Positions 41,120 through 55,145 of a stretch of 64,000 nucleotides of DNA are shown here, one piece after another. The stretch comes from Octopus vulgaris. Taxonomy: Eukaryota. The number at the start of each line of letters is the position of its first letter. The stretch's first letter is position 1. Where the stretch lies: NCBI GenBank assembly GCA_951406725.2, contig OX597816.1, positions 181,846,001 to 181,910,000 on the forward strand. The letters are read 5' to 3'. The notes beneath the pieces were generated by a model. It was not told the origin of the DNA, made no database searches, and was given only the letters and a program-made list of their open reading frames with translations. The position numbers and the translations under genes were made by a program.

Positions 41120-42700
41120 AACCAAATTTCTTCCTTTCTCATCGATTACTATGTCCTTGAGATCGTCATCTGTGGTGATTCCAAGTTCACCACACTTCTT
41201 GGCTCTCCCTCAGAAACCAAAATTTTTTACTATTTTGCACCAACTAATTTTATCCCCCACCCCCCTGTGCATTTCCAGAGAACATTCAAATTTTCCAAAC
41301 ACCATTGATCTCTTTCTCACCTCCAAAACTAACTTCTACCTAACTGTCACCAAATCTGCACCATTTGGACTGTCCAATGACTACATTATTTCAGTTACCC
41401 ATTCATCTCTTGGACTTTACAGCTCTTCAGATCAGCTCTGCTATTTCTATGTTATCCTTTTCATGAAGCGCATAATCTCTGGCCTATCAGAAACGGCCTG
41501 GTGGGTAATTGAAACCATCCTTTTAATCATGTCTCTTCACATCTCACACACAACCAGTGGTTCACTAGCAGCCATCATGCAAAGAAAGCTACCTACAGAG
41601 GTGGGATAAACCACCCAGCACCACAAGACCATCATCTGAACCACAATCCACTCTCCCAACAGCAGTCAATATTATTGGTCCCTTTCCAGAATACCTCTCC
41701 CTACTTTGAGGAATCCTTTTCCTCTTCTCTACCTTTCCTACCCACTTTGCATTCAGCTCAGCACTGTACATGTCCGGTGAACAAGCTTCAAAACTGTGCC
41801 TTTCCACCCTACCAGGCTTATTATCAACACATATAGAATGAATGCAAAAGCACTCCTGATTGCAGGGACATTGGCTCTGACAGCATCCCTTCCATTATCA
41901 TCAGACCATGTACCCTAGAGTTAGCCCGTCTTCTCCAAACTATTCAATCTCTCTCTCTCTCTCTCTCTTCATCTTTCCATGAATTTATACTGCTCTTTAC
42001 AAGCATGCTATAGTGTGTCCAGTCTCAAAAAAGGGCAACTCTTCTGGCCCTGCCGACTGTCATCCTGCATTCACTTTCAAATATCTCAAAAACAGGAAGA
42101 CAACCATTAATAACATTGTCCAACATCTTAAATCTCTCAGTCTTTTTAACCCTTTAGCTCCTTCAGATTATTCTGTCAAACATGTAATGCTTATTTATTC
42201 ACATTGTTTTGAATTAATCATGCATCGTCTCGTAGCTTTGAGATTTCAATGATGTGTTTGTTTACTTTTAGAATGACATTGCACGAGCAATGAAACTTCC
42301 ATGGTTGCTATAAATTCATTTCATAGATAGAAAATATCTTAGATCCCAACAACTGCTTACCCCTTAGAAAGCTGAGGTGACGGCCAAGGAATCCTGCTGT
42401 CACATCTCCTACCCCCATGTAAAGTTGCTTGCAAACGTACCCCCAACCTGTAGCCCATGTATGCTCTATCTCTTCTCCTTTTTGTACTGTACTACTATGG
42501 TATCTAATTCTCATAGCTACTTGGCTTTGGTACCACCTCCACTCAAGCAGTCTTTACCTAGCTTTTCATTCACCACATTCCTCCAAGACGGGAACTAATC
42601 ACTTTGAGATGGTGCACTTAATCCTTAGAATGTCATCTCTGAAATTCTCTCCTTGAACATCATTTTCCTTACTACTGTTCAAGACGACTGTTAACCATGT
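41120..42700 (+). mobile_element. Decayed jockey/CR1-like LINE (endonuclease to RT region, plus 3' part)
   Basis: LHQLILSPT..NTIDLFLTS..SAPFGLSNDYIISV (APE C-terminus), G.DSIPSIII..LELARLLSKLFNL and HAIVCPVSKKGNSS (RT N-terminus); many stops; MITE inserted at 42146. Confidence 0.7.
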
Positions 42701-42947
42701 CAGTTTCGTCCATGGATGGGAACAAAACCACAACTCCTTTCTAGAGACCAACCAAAACAAAAATATATAACAAAAAAAATTTGGATTGTGCTCTTGCTGT
42801 TGCTTAGCCTCTAATGAGCACCTGTTTCTTGCTGGTTAAATGACCCCGTTTGATAACCCTTTTTTAGGTGTATGTTTGAGCATAAACACAAACACAATAC
42901 ACTTTCCTTCTATTTCCTTTATTGTTATAGCATGGTTTGGATTTAAC

Positions 42948-43221
42948 TAGTTCCTCTTAGTGGTATCCAGTCCAGTATAAAGGTAAAGACCTCCTTCAGT
43001 CATGAATGACCTTAGGATTGCATCTGTAAAGTTCTCTGAGGCACAAGTCCAAGCAAGGTTGTTTATGGAGGGCCAGCAATCACCCATGCATACCAGCTCC
43101 CCCCTCTCCACACCACTGATGTTATCCAAGGGAAAGAACATAACACACAGCCATGTCCGGGAATTGAGCTCACTACCTCATGATTGTGAGCCCAATGCTC
43201 TAACTACTGAGCCATGTGCCT
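42948..43221 (-). mobile_element. tRNA-derived SINE (family D-related head, different tail)
   Basis: Minus strand aggcacatggctcagtagttagagcattgggctcacaatcatgaggtagtgagctcaattccc. Confidence 0.65.
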
Positions 43222-43230
43222 TCTCATTTC

Positions 43231-44504
43231 TATCAGGTCATCCCATAAGTTCTGTCTGAATTTTGAATAAAGAAAACAAGTGATCAAATGTTATATTTAA
43301 TTGAAGTTTAATCATCCATGTACTTTCCCTGATTATCTATGACTTCCTTCCATCTATTTACAAGTTTTTTAATCCCATCAATGTAAAATTCTTTTGATTT
43401 CAAAGCGAAGAACTCTGAAATGTCAGTTTCGATCTCCTCCTGGCTTGCGAAAGTTATGTCCCCCAAATGATCCTGTAAACTATGAAACAAATGGTAGTCT
43501 GAAGGAGCAAGGTCAGGAGAATAAGGTGGATGAGGAATTTTTTCCCAACCAAGTTCTTCGATCTTCTGTGATGTGATCTTTGCAGTGTGGGGTCATGCAT
43601 TGTCCTGATGAAACATCACTCCTTTTCGATTCACTAAAGCGGGTCTTTTTTTCTTCAAACTTGGTTCAAATACTCTAATTGCTGACAGTAGACTTGAGCA
43701 TTGATTGTTGCATTTGGTGGTAACAATTGAAAGTGAATTACTCCTTTGCAATCCCACCAGATAGAGAGAACCGTTTTCCCATGAAGTTCCCTTCTCCATT
43801 GTGGTCAAGCTTTTTCCCTTTTGTCAAGCCACTGTTTATGACTTTTAACATGTCAATAGAAGATCCATTTTTCATCACCAGTCACAAGTCTATCCATAAA
43901 GGGTGAAATGAGTTCACGAGAATGGAGAGAAGAGCAGATGTCAACTCGGGATTTGCAGTTGCTTTTGGACAATTCATGAGGCACCCATTTTCCAAGTTTA
44001 GGAACCTTTCCAAGTTGTTGAAGATGATGATGAGCAGTCGTATGGTTTGAACTAAGTTTTATTGCCAATTCTTCAACTGATAATGCAGGATTTTCTTCAA
44101 GTAATGCCTCAAGGAGCTTATCATCAAACTCAACTGGACGTCCTGTTCGATCTTCATCTTCAAGGCTGAAATCTCCACTTCTGAATTTTGCAAACCATCT
44201 TCTGCAAGTTCTTTCATTCAAGCATTCTTTCCCATAAACTGAGTGTATGTTTCGAGTTACTTCGGCTGCAGAGTTTCCTCAATGCTCTTTGCCTCAAATG
44301 CTCTTTGGATACTTCCATGTTAGAAAGGGTTTTAATCAAAGAAATTTTAATTCTATTATTCTGTAAAATAATATTTAATTAGTTTAAATGAACACAAATG
44401 CATAAAAATAATTTTTAATTCCATTAGACATTCTAAAATACTATTAAATTTCATTCAATTTTAAAAGAGGTAAAATCGGACAGAACTTATAGGATGACCT
44501 GATA
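43231..44504 (-). mobile_element. Full-length, frameshifted mariner (DD34D) transposon
   Basis: TIRs tatcaggtcatcccataagttctgtc and (rc) tatcaggtcatcctataagttctgtc. Transposase pieces from ATG 44318 to stop 43308 contain RRWFAKFRSGDFSLEDEDRTGRP, WVPHELS, TGDEKWIFY, FHQDNA and HPPYSPDLAPSDYHLF. Confidence 0.95.
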
Positions 44505-45336
44505 TAAGAATTTAAGCTATATTTGTGGTATGGATTTTATCCAGACTTACAGTCATAGATTTGTACATGTTTAGTCAAGAAATGTAAAATTCTAAATGCT
44601 ATTCTAATGAAGACACCTCACTGTTTTGTCACCAACCATTAACCTTGAAAGAGCATTGTTGAATTTACAAATAGCCAGAAATTCCAAGTAAAATATTCCA
44701 CCTAAATACAATAAAAGAAATTTAAAGAGAGTGTCAACATTTAGTCCCCCTCATCTCACCTATTATTTAAAAATAAAAGTGAAGAATTAAGTTAAAAATG
44801 AAAAACAAACATGAGATGTCCAGATTGGCTGACACCTGAAATATTTGGGATGGTCAAAAGTTTGAATGCCTTTCATTCACAGGAATGCTGTTCTGTCTCA
44901 GCTGACCTGTGACTAAACAACAACATGCTTTATAGATAACTAAGTTTACATCTCTTGTAAATACAATTCAAAGGTATTTATCCCCACTTAATTCTAAAAT
45001 ATTTTTCCTTTAAAAATTCTGTTACTGCCATAGTGTTTGGGATGGTCATAACTTAAATGCTTCTCTCTCCCAGTAGATCTGTGTCAACAGAATCTATAGA
45101 TGATGGAAATTACATTTCTAGAAAATACAATTCAAAAATTTTATTTATTTTTTAAAAATTCACTTCCTTTTCTCATCAACTTTTGAACCTTTATCTTTGA
45201 GGGGCATCGATTGAGAAATTGCTATCACAAATAGTGGCTGTGGACATACTTTTTCCTGTTTACTATTTTTTTCTAACACTACCAGTGGCCCTGAAAAAAA
45301 AATAATAGAACCATAGGTACAGAAATTTCAGCTTGA

Positions 45337-45556
45337 TTAAGCCTTTTGATGACAACCTGCCCGAAGCCACCCTTGGTTTTATGATACAAACCTGGTTGTA
45401 AAGTAATCTAAGTCAAAATCTTCCACCAGAATTTCTGGTTGATTTATGTTCCAAACGTAATAATGACAGTTATTTGAGTAGATTTTTCATTATTTTTAAA
45501 ATCATTTGAAAGAGAGTTGGTATATTTCAACAGAAATATGGTAACGAAAGGGTTAA
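45337..45556. mobile_element. Second piggyBac-type MITE family (TTAA ends)
   Basis: ttaagccttttgat ... ggtaacgaaaggg|ttaa; related copies at about 33930-34156 and 35060-35240. Confidence 0.6.
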
Positions 45557-45589
45557 GTGGTTAAAAAAACAGAAGTTGCCGAGAAGCTA

Positions 45590-45968
45590 CACAGGCGTGG
45601 CTCTGTGGTAAGAAACTTGCTTCCCAACCATGTGGTTCCAGGTTCAGTCACACTGTGTGGTACCTTGAGCAAGTGCCTTCTACTATAGCCTTGGGCCAAC
45701 CAAAGCTTTGCGAGTGGATTTGGTAAACAGAAGCTGAAAGAAACCTGTTGTGTGTGTATGTCTTTGTCCCCCCCTCCCCCCACTGCTTGACAACTGATGT
45801 TGTGTTTACACCCCTGTAACTTAGCAGTGTAACAAAAAAGGCCGATAGAATAAGTACCAGGTTTTAAAAAAAATATGTCTTGGAGTCAAACTGTTCAACT
45901 AAAACGATTCAAGGTGCTGCACCAGCATGGCCACAGTCTAGTGACTGAAACAAGTAAAAGATAAAGAT
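45590..45968 (+). mobile_element. SINE family B, full length
   Basis: caggcgtggctctgtggtaagaaacttgcttcccaacc...gactgaaacaagtaaaagataaagataa. Confidence 0.88.
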
Positions 45969-46321
45969 AATTCTGCTTTAAACATGGAGTTTTAATGTTC
46001 TCATCAAGGTTAAAAAGATGTTTAATATGGTTGCTATTGTGTTTATAGATTTCAACTCAGCTGCACTGTGTCAGAGCCCCTCACAAGATGCTGCCTCACA
46101 AGCACCTCTTTGCTTTCACCCCACTCCATAGCATTTTGGGCAAATGTATTTTACTATTGCAAGGGACTGGAATAACCCATTTACAGGGCAGTGTTACCCT
46201 GAAGTTGAAAAGAGGCCATTAACTTATGATTTAGATCAGTGCTTCTTAAGGAAGGCAGTGGCACTCTCAAGGAGGTGCTGGATGTTTTGAAGAATCTTGA
46301 TTTTTGTTGTAAATAAAATAT

Positions 46322-46543
46322 TTAACCATTCAGCATTCAGATTATGCAGTCAAATGAACTGCTTATTTATTCACATTGTTTGAAACGAATCATGCATTGT
46401 CTCGTAGCTCTGAAATTTCAATGAGCCAATTGTTTGCTTCAAGAATGACATTGTGGGGTAAGTGTGAGAGACCAGATGTGGCTGGTTTGAGCATAAGACA
46501 GATTAAGTATTGGATGTGGTTAGTTTAAATGCTAAAGTGTTAA
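46322..46543. mobile_element. piggyBac-type MITE, same family as 39524
   Basis: ttaa|ccattcagcattcag ... aatgctaaagtg|ttaa. Confidence 0.8.
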
Positions 46544-46959
46544 ATCAGATCCAATACTTCTATTTTCAGCACGTTTCCTAAAAGATTTTTCTTGGGATTA
46601 GAATATAAATAAGACATTGTGTTTATCATTGAGTAGCAACATTACTTACAATAAGCAATGGTTCCAATATAACCTTATTGTGCAACTCATCCACTTCTTT
46701 AGTCATCTATGAATTTCCATAAAAATTTCACATTTGACAGTAGTCAATGCCAATTTCTAAAAGGAGGCATATGCTTACCCCTTTTGAGATGCATGGTGTT
46801 TTGGTACGTGTAGCCAAAAAGACCAACATGTTTTTCTGTTGCGATTGAAACTGATAGATGCCATGTAGAAAACAAAGGATAAAGTGCCTAAAACTACTTT
46901 ATTAATATGTAAAACTATATAAAGACTGGAATAGAATACAAAAAGCTTGTGACAAAGCA

Positions 46960-47481
46960 AACGGTGACTCTGTGGTACAAAACTGACAAATATCAAGGAG
47001 TGATGTTTGTAGAGGCCACAACCCATGGAGGTTTAGGAAAGCCCTGAAGGAGACCAAACTCAACATTAAGATTGTTGAAAAGCCAGGGAACTCCATCAGA
47101 TCACAACTATGTAGAATATACCTCATTGAGAATACCATATGCACCAGTGATAACTGCATGGTATGTAGGATTAAGCCTAGTATTAACTGTAGAACTAGAA
47201 ATGTAGTCTACAGCATAAGATGTATAGAAGGTGCTTGTAAGGACATGAACATGACATACATAGGAGAGACATCTAGGAGCTTTGCAGAAAGACTAAATGA
47301 GCATTTGAGACAATACAATGACAAAAAACAGTCCTCCATACTCTACCAACATGGAGGCAACCTGGGTCAACTTGACATCTGTATTTTATTCAAGTACCCA
47401 GAAGACCCAACACTTAGACAAATACAGGAGTACGTCCTCATAAATGAAACATCCCTAGTACTAAATAGGAAATATACGTAG
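46960..47481 (+). mobile_element. Penelope-like retroelement 3' fragment: Cys-rich linker plus GIY-YIG endonuclease
   Basis: WYKTDKYQGVMFVEAT../RKALKETKLNIKIVEKPGNSIRSQL..CTSDNCMVC..NCRTRNVVYSIRC..C..YIGETSRSFAERLNEH..SILYQH..RQIQEYVLINE..LNRK. Confidence 0.88.
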
Positions 47482-49464
47482 GTGATCATACCCACAGTTT
47501 ATATTTATATACAGGTAGAATAGTTAGTGGGCTGTTATGTAGATGTGTGTGTGTGTGTATATATGTATACGTATATGTATATGCACATATATGTAGGTAA
47601 ATGGATATGAATGTAAACAGACAGACATACAGATAGATAATACATAGGTAATATGAACAGACAAGCACACATACATACGCAAATGAAGACTGAAACACAT
47701 AACTATATACACACACACTTCACTTCACTCAAAGACACATATGGAGACACACAGACACACTCAAACATGCACATACAAGGAGACAGAGGTGCAAACACAT
47801 GAATGTGCAGAATACATGTATATAAATGTACATACGTATATACATATGCACACACATACATGCATGTGTATGTGCACACACAAACAAAAGGAATGCATCT
47901 CGGATAATGGACAGAGTTAACGACCATTGGAAAGGTTGCAAGACGCAATGAAAATTTTTGGAAAAATAAATAATTAAATGAGTGGAAAGTTTACCAGTGA
48001 GTGTGTTAAATAATAAGGTACTAAAAGAGAATGACCCTCCCCAGACACAGCAATATATATATTTTGAAAGCTTAAAACAACACAATACTTGTAAATATAA
48101 ATAAAATAATAAGCATAAATGTTTCTGTGACAACAGGAAATACATCTTCTGAAAGATGATCTCTGATTGGCTATTACACTTCAAACATTCACAATAGATC
48201 AGCCTGAAAGTCCTTTCAGCTTGTATCATTTGGGCTGATCAATTGGCCCAGGTGTCCTAAGAGCATTAAAGGAAACGTAGAAAAACACGGATAATAAACT
48301 ACTGATGTAAATGTGGGGCTTCTTTGGGTGCCATTTTGTGAAAGAACCTGGAATAAATAGTACAAGGTGTGATTCGTTATTGCTCCAATAACTCAGTTAC
48401 AAAAATCTGAGCTCTACAGGTAATCACTGGTAAGGTGTGGATGAAAGTTAGATTTGGCTGTTATTTTTAGTAGATTGAATAGTTATGTTGAGGGTCCCTT
48501 GTTTGTCCTTCTGAAAGTATTTTGAATTCACCACTTCATTTCAAGATAATACATTGGATTCTGTAGTCCTAGATGGATTTTTTTTTTTTTTTATCATGGA
48601 GGATGAAAGAGCAGTTCACAGGACCTCTAAGGCTTGTGAGAGGTTGGTAGGAAGGCAGCCGCAAACTGGAAAATTAGTCTAAATGGTTACAAGAGAGTGA
48701 CCTCTTCTGCTAAAGATAACTGAGAATCTGATTGTGGTGTTAAACCAGGCAACAAAGTTTGCCACAGAAGCGAACCACATTTGGATTTGAACTCAAAATG
48801 TTAAGAGTCAGAACAAATGCTGAAAAAGTGCTCTAATGATTCCACTGTCCACTGCTCTAGACAGCTACTTTGTTTATCAACCCCAGACGGTTAAAAGGTA
48901 GTCATCCTCTGGTCATCCTCTGTGTGATTTGAACTCAGTACATGAACCTGGAAAAAAAGGCGTTTCATCTAAAGCCCCAACAACTCTACCGATTCACCAT
49001 TCAGACAATAAAAACAAAAATGGATGGTCGAAACTGGACTACCTCTGCTCATAGGCCTCTTCTATTCAGGCTGGTGTGGAGCTAAGCAGCAGCAGCAGCA
49101 ACAACAATAGTTGTTTTTCAGCTTGTTAAAGTCAGTAATTTAATATGTATTGTTTATGGACAAAGCACAAAGGCTTTAACTGTGTTAGATCTGTGACCTG
49201 ATGTTCAAGCAACTCAACCATAAACACATTTTATTTCAGTGTATATTACATTACACAGCTGTTACCTACCCTTCACACACCCTGTTATTCAATGGTTCTC
49301 AATATTTATACTCAGTGAAACCTTCTCTAAAATCACTTCCTTCAATTTCCTAAACATATGTGTGCTTGCACACACACACACATACCTTATCCCCTCTCCA
49401 TTATTGGAGAAAATCCCCCAGAGAAAACACAACCAGGTGTGTTAATCAATGAGAGGGTGATCTT

Positions 49465-49660
49465 TATGTGGTTGTTTGATCTGCTAGAAATGGAGCCAAA
49501 TCTACCCCTAAGTTAGACCTTACCACCTTTCAAAAATAAGGAAACATGGGATAATGTAGTTCTAGATAAACTTTGTCTGAAAAGAAAAGACTTGATGGTC
49601 AAGGCTGGAAAACCTTTGATCATAGGCCTGCTTGATAAGGGCTAACCAGGGTGAGTCTAA
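49465..49660 (+). repeat. Representative full copy of family E interspersed repeat
   Basis: gtggttgtttgatctgctagaaatggagccaaatct...ggataatgtagttctagata...gatggtcaaggctggaaaacctttgatcatagg. Confidence 0.75.
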
Positions 49661-51463
49661 TAAAAAGAAAAAAGAAAAAACTACCACAGTTTAATGTTTT
49701 AGGCTTAACAGTATAACCATTGAGATAATGAGTTACCTTGTGTGCTCCAGCTTTTCACTATTTGCACTGTATCCTTGGATACTACAAGACACAACTGTAA
49801 GGGTTGGCAGTAGGAAGGGCCAGACTATATAAAACACTACCTCAGAAAATAGTCCAACCCATACCAGCATGGAAAATCTGATATAAAATAGTCTTGGTGA
49901 TGAAATTAAGATGAGTTAGTGGTAAAGAATACATGTTTCCAACACAGTCATTATGAAATGTAGTTTTGAAAGCCAACCCTATTCATCCTGTGCCACATAT
50001 GTGTATATTGACTAATCTAACATATCTTATACACTAAACAGTCATTTGTTATTTACCAAGATGTATTTAGGTTAATACAGGTAAAAGTAGGTGAATGTGT
50101 GGTCACATTTTATAAATCTACTAAGATAAGCAAACTGTAACAAATTTAATCATTCATTTGATAATATAATTGTCAGTGATATATATAATTATGACGGCTA
50201 TTTAAAACAGATAATATTGTTTTTCATCACAAATTCAGTCTCGGATAAATAACTGTATGATATTGAAGAATTACAAGTAATCCTTTCCTTTGTCACTAAA
50301 AGGTCCATTTCATATTTGGGTGGTGGCTAAAATATACAGTTATTATACAGACCCATGTCAAGCCTGACCAAGCAGGCTTAAGATGAGAAATTCTTCAGCT
50401 TTGACCATCACATTTCCTTTCTCTCTCTCTCTCTCTCTCTTTTCTTTTTTTTTTTTTTTTTCACTTACATATTGTATCTGAAGCCAGTGAAGCAATTAAG
50501 GAACACAAGTAAAATCTTTTATTGTCTCTACAAACCTTTCATATCAACCACATATAACAGCCAAAAGTGTAACAGTGTGGCACTCTACTCATGCACGTCT
50601 TCCAGTCAGTCTGAGGCAGTGTTCATCTCATCTTTAGATAAATTAATATATCTAGAACTGCATTCTTCTTATTTTTAACAAGTCTAGCAACCATATAGAT
50701 ACTTGTGTGAGAGAGGATCTAGTGATAGTCACAATAAAAGAGAGCAAAACAGACTTAGTGAAGTCATGACAATTCCTTTCAGTTCCTGCTTCAGACGGGG
50801 GGGGGGCATCTTGGCCCCAGTGTTTTTGATGTTGTTGCTGATGCATCTATCGTAGTGTAAGATTGTTAGGACTGAGTGGGAAGTTACTGTTTTATTATTG
50901 TTCTAGGATGTTGGGGATATGTCTGGACATTTGGAAAGGATCTTACATGTTTATGATGGGGATTCTTTTGGCTGGTGCCTTGCTTTGGCAACAAATTGTG
51001 CATGTTCAGGGGATGATGCATTGGATCATCATTTAACGACTATCTTTCCATGTTGGCATGGGTTGGATAGTTTTGACAGGAGCTTGGCATAGTTTTTACG
51101 GCTGGATGATCTTCCTAATGCTAACCTCTTTACAAGGTGGATTGAGTGCTTTTCACATGGCACCAACACTTGCTATGTCTGTTTTGGCATGGTGTTTACG
51201 TGGCACAAGCACACACATATGTACATGCAAGTGAGCTACATGCATAGCTGTGTGGTTGAAAATATTGCTTTCTAGCCACATGATTACAGGTTAGATCTTA
51301 CTTTGTGGCACCATGGGAAAGCGTTTTCTATTCTAGCCCTGAGACGACCAAAGCATTGTAAGTGGATTTGATAGAGGGAAGCTGAAATATATACATGTGT
51401 ATGTTTGTCTCCTTGTCTTGCCATCGTGCAATTGTAGTAAATGATTGTCACTGTCATGCAAGC

Positions 51464-51680
51464 TGGGGGTGCATGGCTCAGTGGTTAGAGGATTGGACTC
51501 TTCATCGTAAAATCATGGTTTTGATTGCTGGACTGGGCAATGCATTATGTTCTTGAGCAAAACACTTTCACATTGCTCTGGTCCACTCAGCTGGCAAATA
51601 TAAGTGATCCTGTGACTCACCAGTGTTGCCTGTCCAGGAGGGGAATTTATATGCCATGAAACTGGGGTGATTGGCCCTTA
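51464..51680 (+). mobile_element. SINE family D
   Basis: ggtgcatggctcagtggttagagg...ttcttgagcaaaacactttcacattgctctggtccactcagctgg. Confidence 0.75.
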
Positions 51681-52636
51681 TGAATTGGCATGACTCAAGA
51701 AAGTAACTTTTCTGCCATGCAAGCAGACAGAAAGAGCAGCAGGCCCGAGGAAATCTTCCTTGATAAAATCCTTCCAACCCATACAAGCATGGAAAAGGGG
51801 CCATTTAGTTGTTTGGCTTAGATCAAAGTGTATATATGTATGCGTGTGTACACACATACACAATTGTGTGTGTATTCATTTGTTCTTTCATTTAATGCCT
51901 GGTTTTTTTTCCCCCCTTCTATCAAGGATTATATGGGGAGGTACTTTTAAGGCAGTATTTTTAAAGTCAGATGCTTTTCCTGCTAGTAACTCTTGCTTGC
52001 TTTTTTGCAAGGACAAGTATTTTAATTCCAGAGGAATCCAAAAGCATTGAGCTAGACAATTTGTTGACAGGAAAAGTTACCAGTTGCAGCTCAGTCAGAA
52101 ACAATGACATCGTTGCCTGTAGCTCAGCTATAAACTATGTCATGGTCTGTAGCATAGCTCACTGTCAGTTGTAAACATGTATACACACACACACACACAC
52201 ATATATATATTTATGTATATATACACATACTTCTGTGTGTACACATCTTTTGTAGTATAATTGATCTATGTACTGTTCATGATTCTGTGATGTGTGCTAT
52301 TTTGTTTTCTCAATAGCCTATGGAGAAACCAAATGTCCAAACATTACATGTGTTGCCTCTTTCTTTTCAATCTGTCCATTGCTATAATTTTCAGTGAAAA
52401 TAACAGCCTTAATCAAAACATTGAGACAAGTGTGGTTGTTAGTCAGCCAGCTGGTCAGACAAACAGGCTTATTACAATATCTACATTTGGGGTTTGTCCC
52501 AAACACTACATATCACCTTATCTGCTGTTTACAGAATTCAACAGAGCTATTTTTGATCTAAGTAGAACTCCTGACTGATTGTTTAGGTCAAAACAAAACT
52601 ACAGGTTAAGTTTTTTTTCTAATTGGAAGTAATATT

Positions 52637-52692
<56 letters not shown>

Positions 52693-53044
52693 GGGAGTGA
52701 GAGAGAGAGATGTGTAATGTGTGTATTTATATGTGTATGTATGCATGTATATTTATGCACACACATATATACATGCATTCATACACTCATGTTTTATAAT
52801 CTTATATGTTTATATAAGTTGAGTGAGCTGGCAGGATTAGCATGCCAGACAAAATGGTTAGTGGCATTTTTTTTGTCTTTATGTTCTGAGTTCAATTTCT
52901 TCTGAGAATAACTTTTGGAGTTGATGAAATTAGTACAAGTTGAGAATTAGGGTTGATGTAATCAACTAGCTCTCTCACCAAAAATATCAGGCCTTGTGCC
53001 TACTATAAGTACAAAGGATATTTATAAGTTTTTGTTTTTTTAAT

Positions 53045-53363
53045 GTCTTGCAAGTACTCGGTGGCCCTGTCAGTGCAGGTGCCACTTAATGGCACCCAAT
53101 CCACACTGTAAAGTGGTTGGTGTTCGGAAAGGGCAGCCAACTGTAAAAACCTTGCCAAAACTGACCTCATCTGTGCTTGTGCCACGTAAAAAGCACTAAG
53201 CCCACTCTGCTGAGTGGTTGGTGTTAGGAAGGGCATCCAGCTGTAAAAATCCTGCCAAAACAGTCACAGAAGTCTTGTGCAGGCTTCTGCCTGGCTGGCT
53301 CTTGTCAAACCGTTTCCACCCATGCTAGCATGGAAGGCGGATGTTAAACAATGATGATGATGA
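53045..53363 (+). mobile_element. SINE family C with internal duplication
   Basis: gtggttggtgtt.ggaa.ggca.cca.ctgtaaaaa occurs twice; (GAT)n tail. Confidence 0.8.
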
Positions 53364-54120
53364 TAAATGTTTATATTTATAGACAGATATCAGAAGAGAA
53401 TCTTATACAAATAGCTTTGAATGTCTTACTAACATTATTCATGCTTCTTTGTAACTCTAATACTTTCACAATATTTAATGTAAATTGGAAACAAGTCTAG
53501 TAATAAAATCTATGCCATCTCTTGACTACAATTTCTAAGGGACAACGTTAACCACTTTGCTGACTAAAAGATATCAGTGGGATTTCAGGAGTGTCAGTAA
53601 GACATGATTGTGTGGTTAAGAAGTTTGCTTCGTAGCCATGCGATTTTGGATTCTGTCCCACTGCATGGCACTTTGGGAAAGTGTCTTCTATTAAAGCTCT
53701 GGGTCAACCAAACACTTGCGAGGAAACATTGGTAGATGGAAACTGAAGAAGCAACCTGTTATGTTTGTGTGTGTGCACGCATGTCTCCTTATTTTGATTA
53801 CATGCAGTTGTAAACAAGCATCACTGTCCTATAAGCAGTGTCATTCATTTCCAATCTTCTATGAAAAAGTGTCAAATCTCTGGGAAATAACTTGGTTGGA
53901 GTCAAGTGAAGGTACATGGCAGAAAGGGTATCTGGCTGTAGAAAATCTGCCTCAATGAATTCCATTTGATCCATGCAAGCTTAGGAATGTGGACATTAAA
54001 CAATGATGATGTTTCCGACAATCTTCAATATTTACATAGCTCTTCCTCTGGCCAGGTAATCAATCATCTCCTTTACATCAGCACACCTGTTTCTCTCCTC
54101 TTTCTAGTTGCCTTTCTTTC

Positions 54121-54188
<68 letters not shown>

Positions 54189-54284
54189 CCCTCCTCTATA
54201 GCAATACACCTGTTTCTGTCATACTTTAACCTTTCATCATTTGACACAAGATCCCCTCCTCCAATGCCCCCACCCCTCTCAAAA

Positions 54285-54508
54285 TTCGTTGCCTTGCAAG
54301 TTATTTGGTGACCCTGCCAGTGCTGGTGCCACATAAAAAGCTCCCACCCCACACTCTCGGAGTGGTTGGCATTTGGAAGGGCATCCAGCTGTAAAAACCA
54401 TGCCAAAACAGACACAGTAGCCTTCTACCTGGCTGGTTCCTGTCAAACTGTCCAACCCATGCCAGCATGGAAGGCAGACATTAAACAATGGTGATGATGA
54501 TGATGATA
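54285..54508 (+). mobile_element. SINE family C
   Basis: gccttgcaagttatttggtgacc...ggaagggcatccagctgtaaaaacc...caacccatgccagcatggaagg...gatgatgatg. Confidence 0.8.
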
Positions 54509-54729
54509 ACAGTAACAATATTTAATGAGAAACATGATGATTGATTTAAATTTCATCTTCAGAGAAAACAATTCACAGATATTTCCATCTACCTTAGGTT
54601 TCAAAAGGGCGAGCTCTAACTGAAATGGGATGTAGATGTAAATATATGGAAACATCCTCATCTCTAAAGACATCTCTAATTGTAAGAAGGGAAAAAAAAT
54701 TAACAACTGCCTATCTTAGACATTTAGGT

Positions 54730-55145
54730 AAGGGCAGCAAGTTGGCAGAAATGTTAGCACACTGGGAGAAATGCTTGGCGGTATTTCGTCTGCCGTTACG
54801 TTCTGAGTTCAAATTCTGCCACGGTCAACTTTGCCTTTCATCCTTTCGGGGTCGATAAATAAAGTACCAGTTACTCACTGGGGTCGATGTAATCGACTTA
54901 ATCCGTTTGTCTGTCCTTGTTTGTCTCTTCTGTGTTTAGCTCCTTGTCGGTAGTAAAGAAATAGGTTTTTTGTCTATCGTTACGTTCTGAGTTCAAATTC
55001 CACCAAGGTTGACTTTGCCTTTCATCCTTTCGGAGTCAATAAATAAAGTACCAGTTGCGCACTGGGGTCAATGTAATCGACTTAATCCCTTTGTCTGCCC
55101 TTGTTTGTCCCCTCTATGTTTAGCCCCTTGTGGGCAATAAAGAAA
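54730..55145 (+). mobile_element. Dimeric SINE family A flanked by an 18-bp target-site duplication
   Basis: TSD tatcttagacatttaggt at 54712-54729 and 55146-55163 encloses a full unit plus a 5'-truncated unit. Confidence 0.9.
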
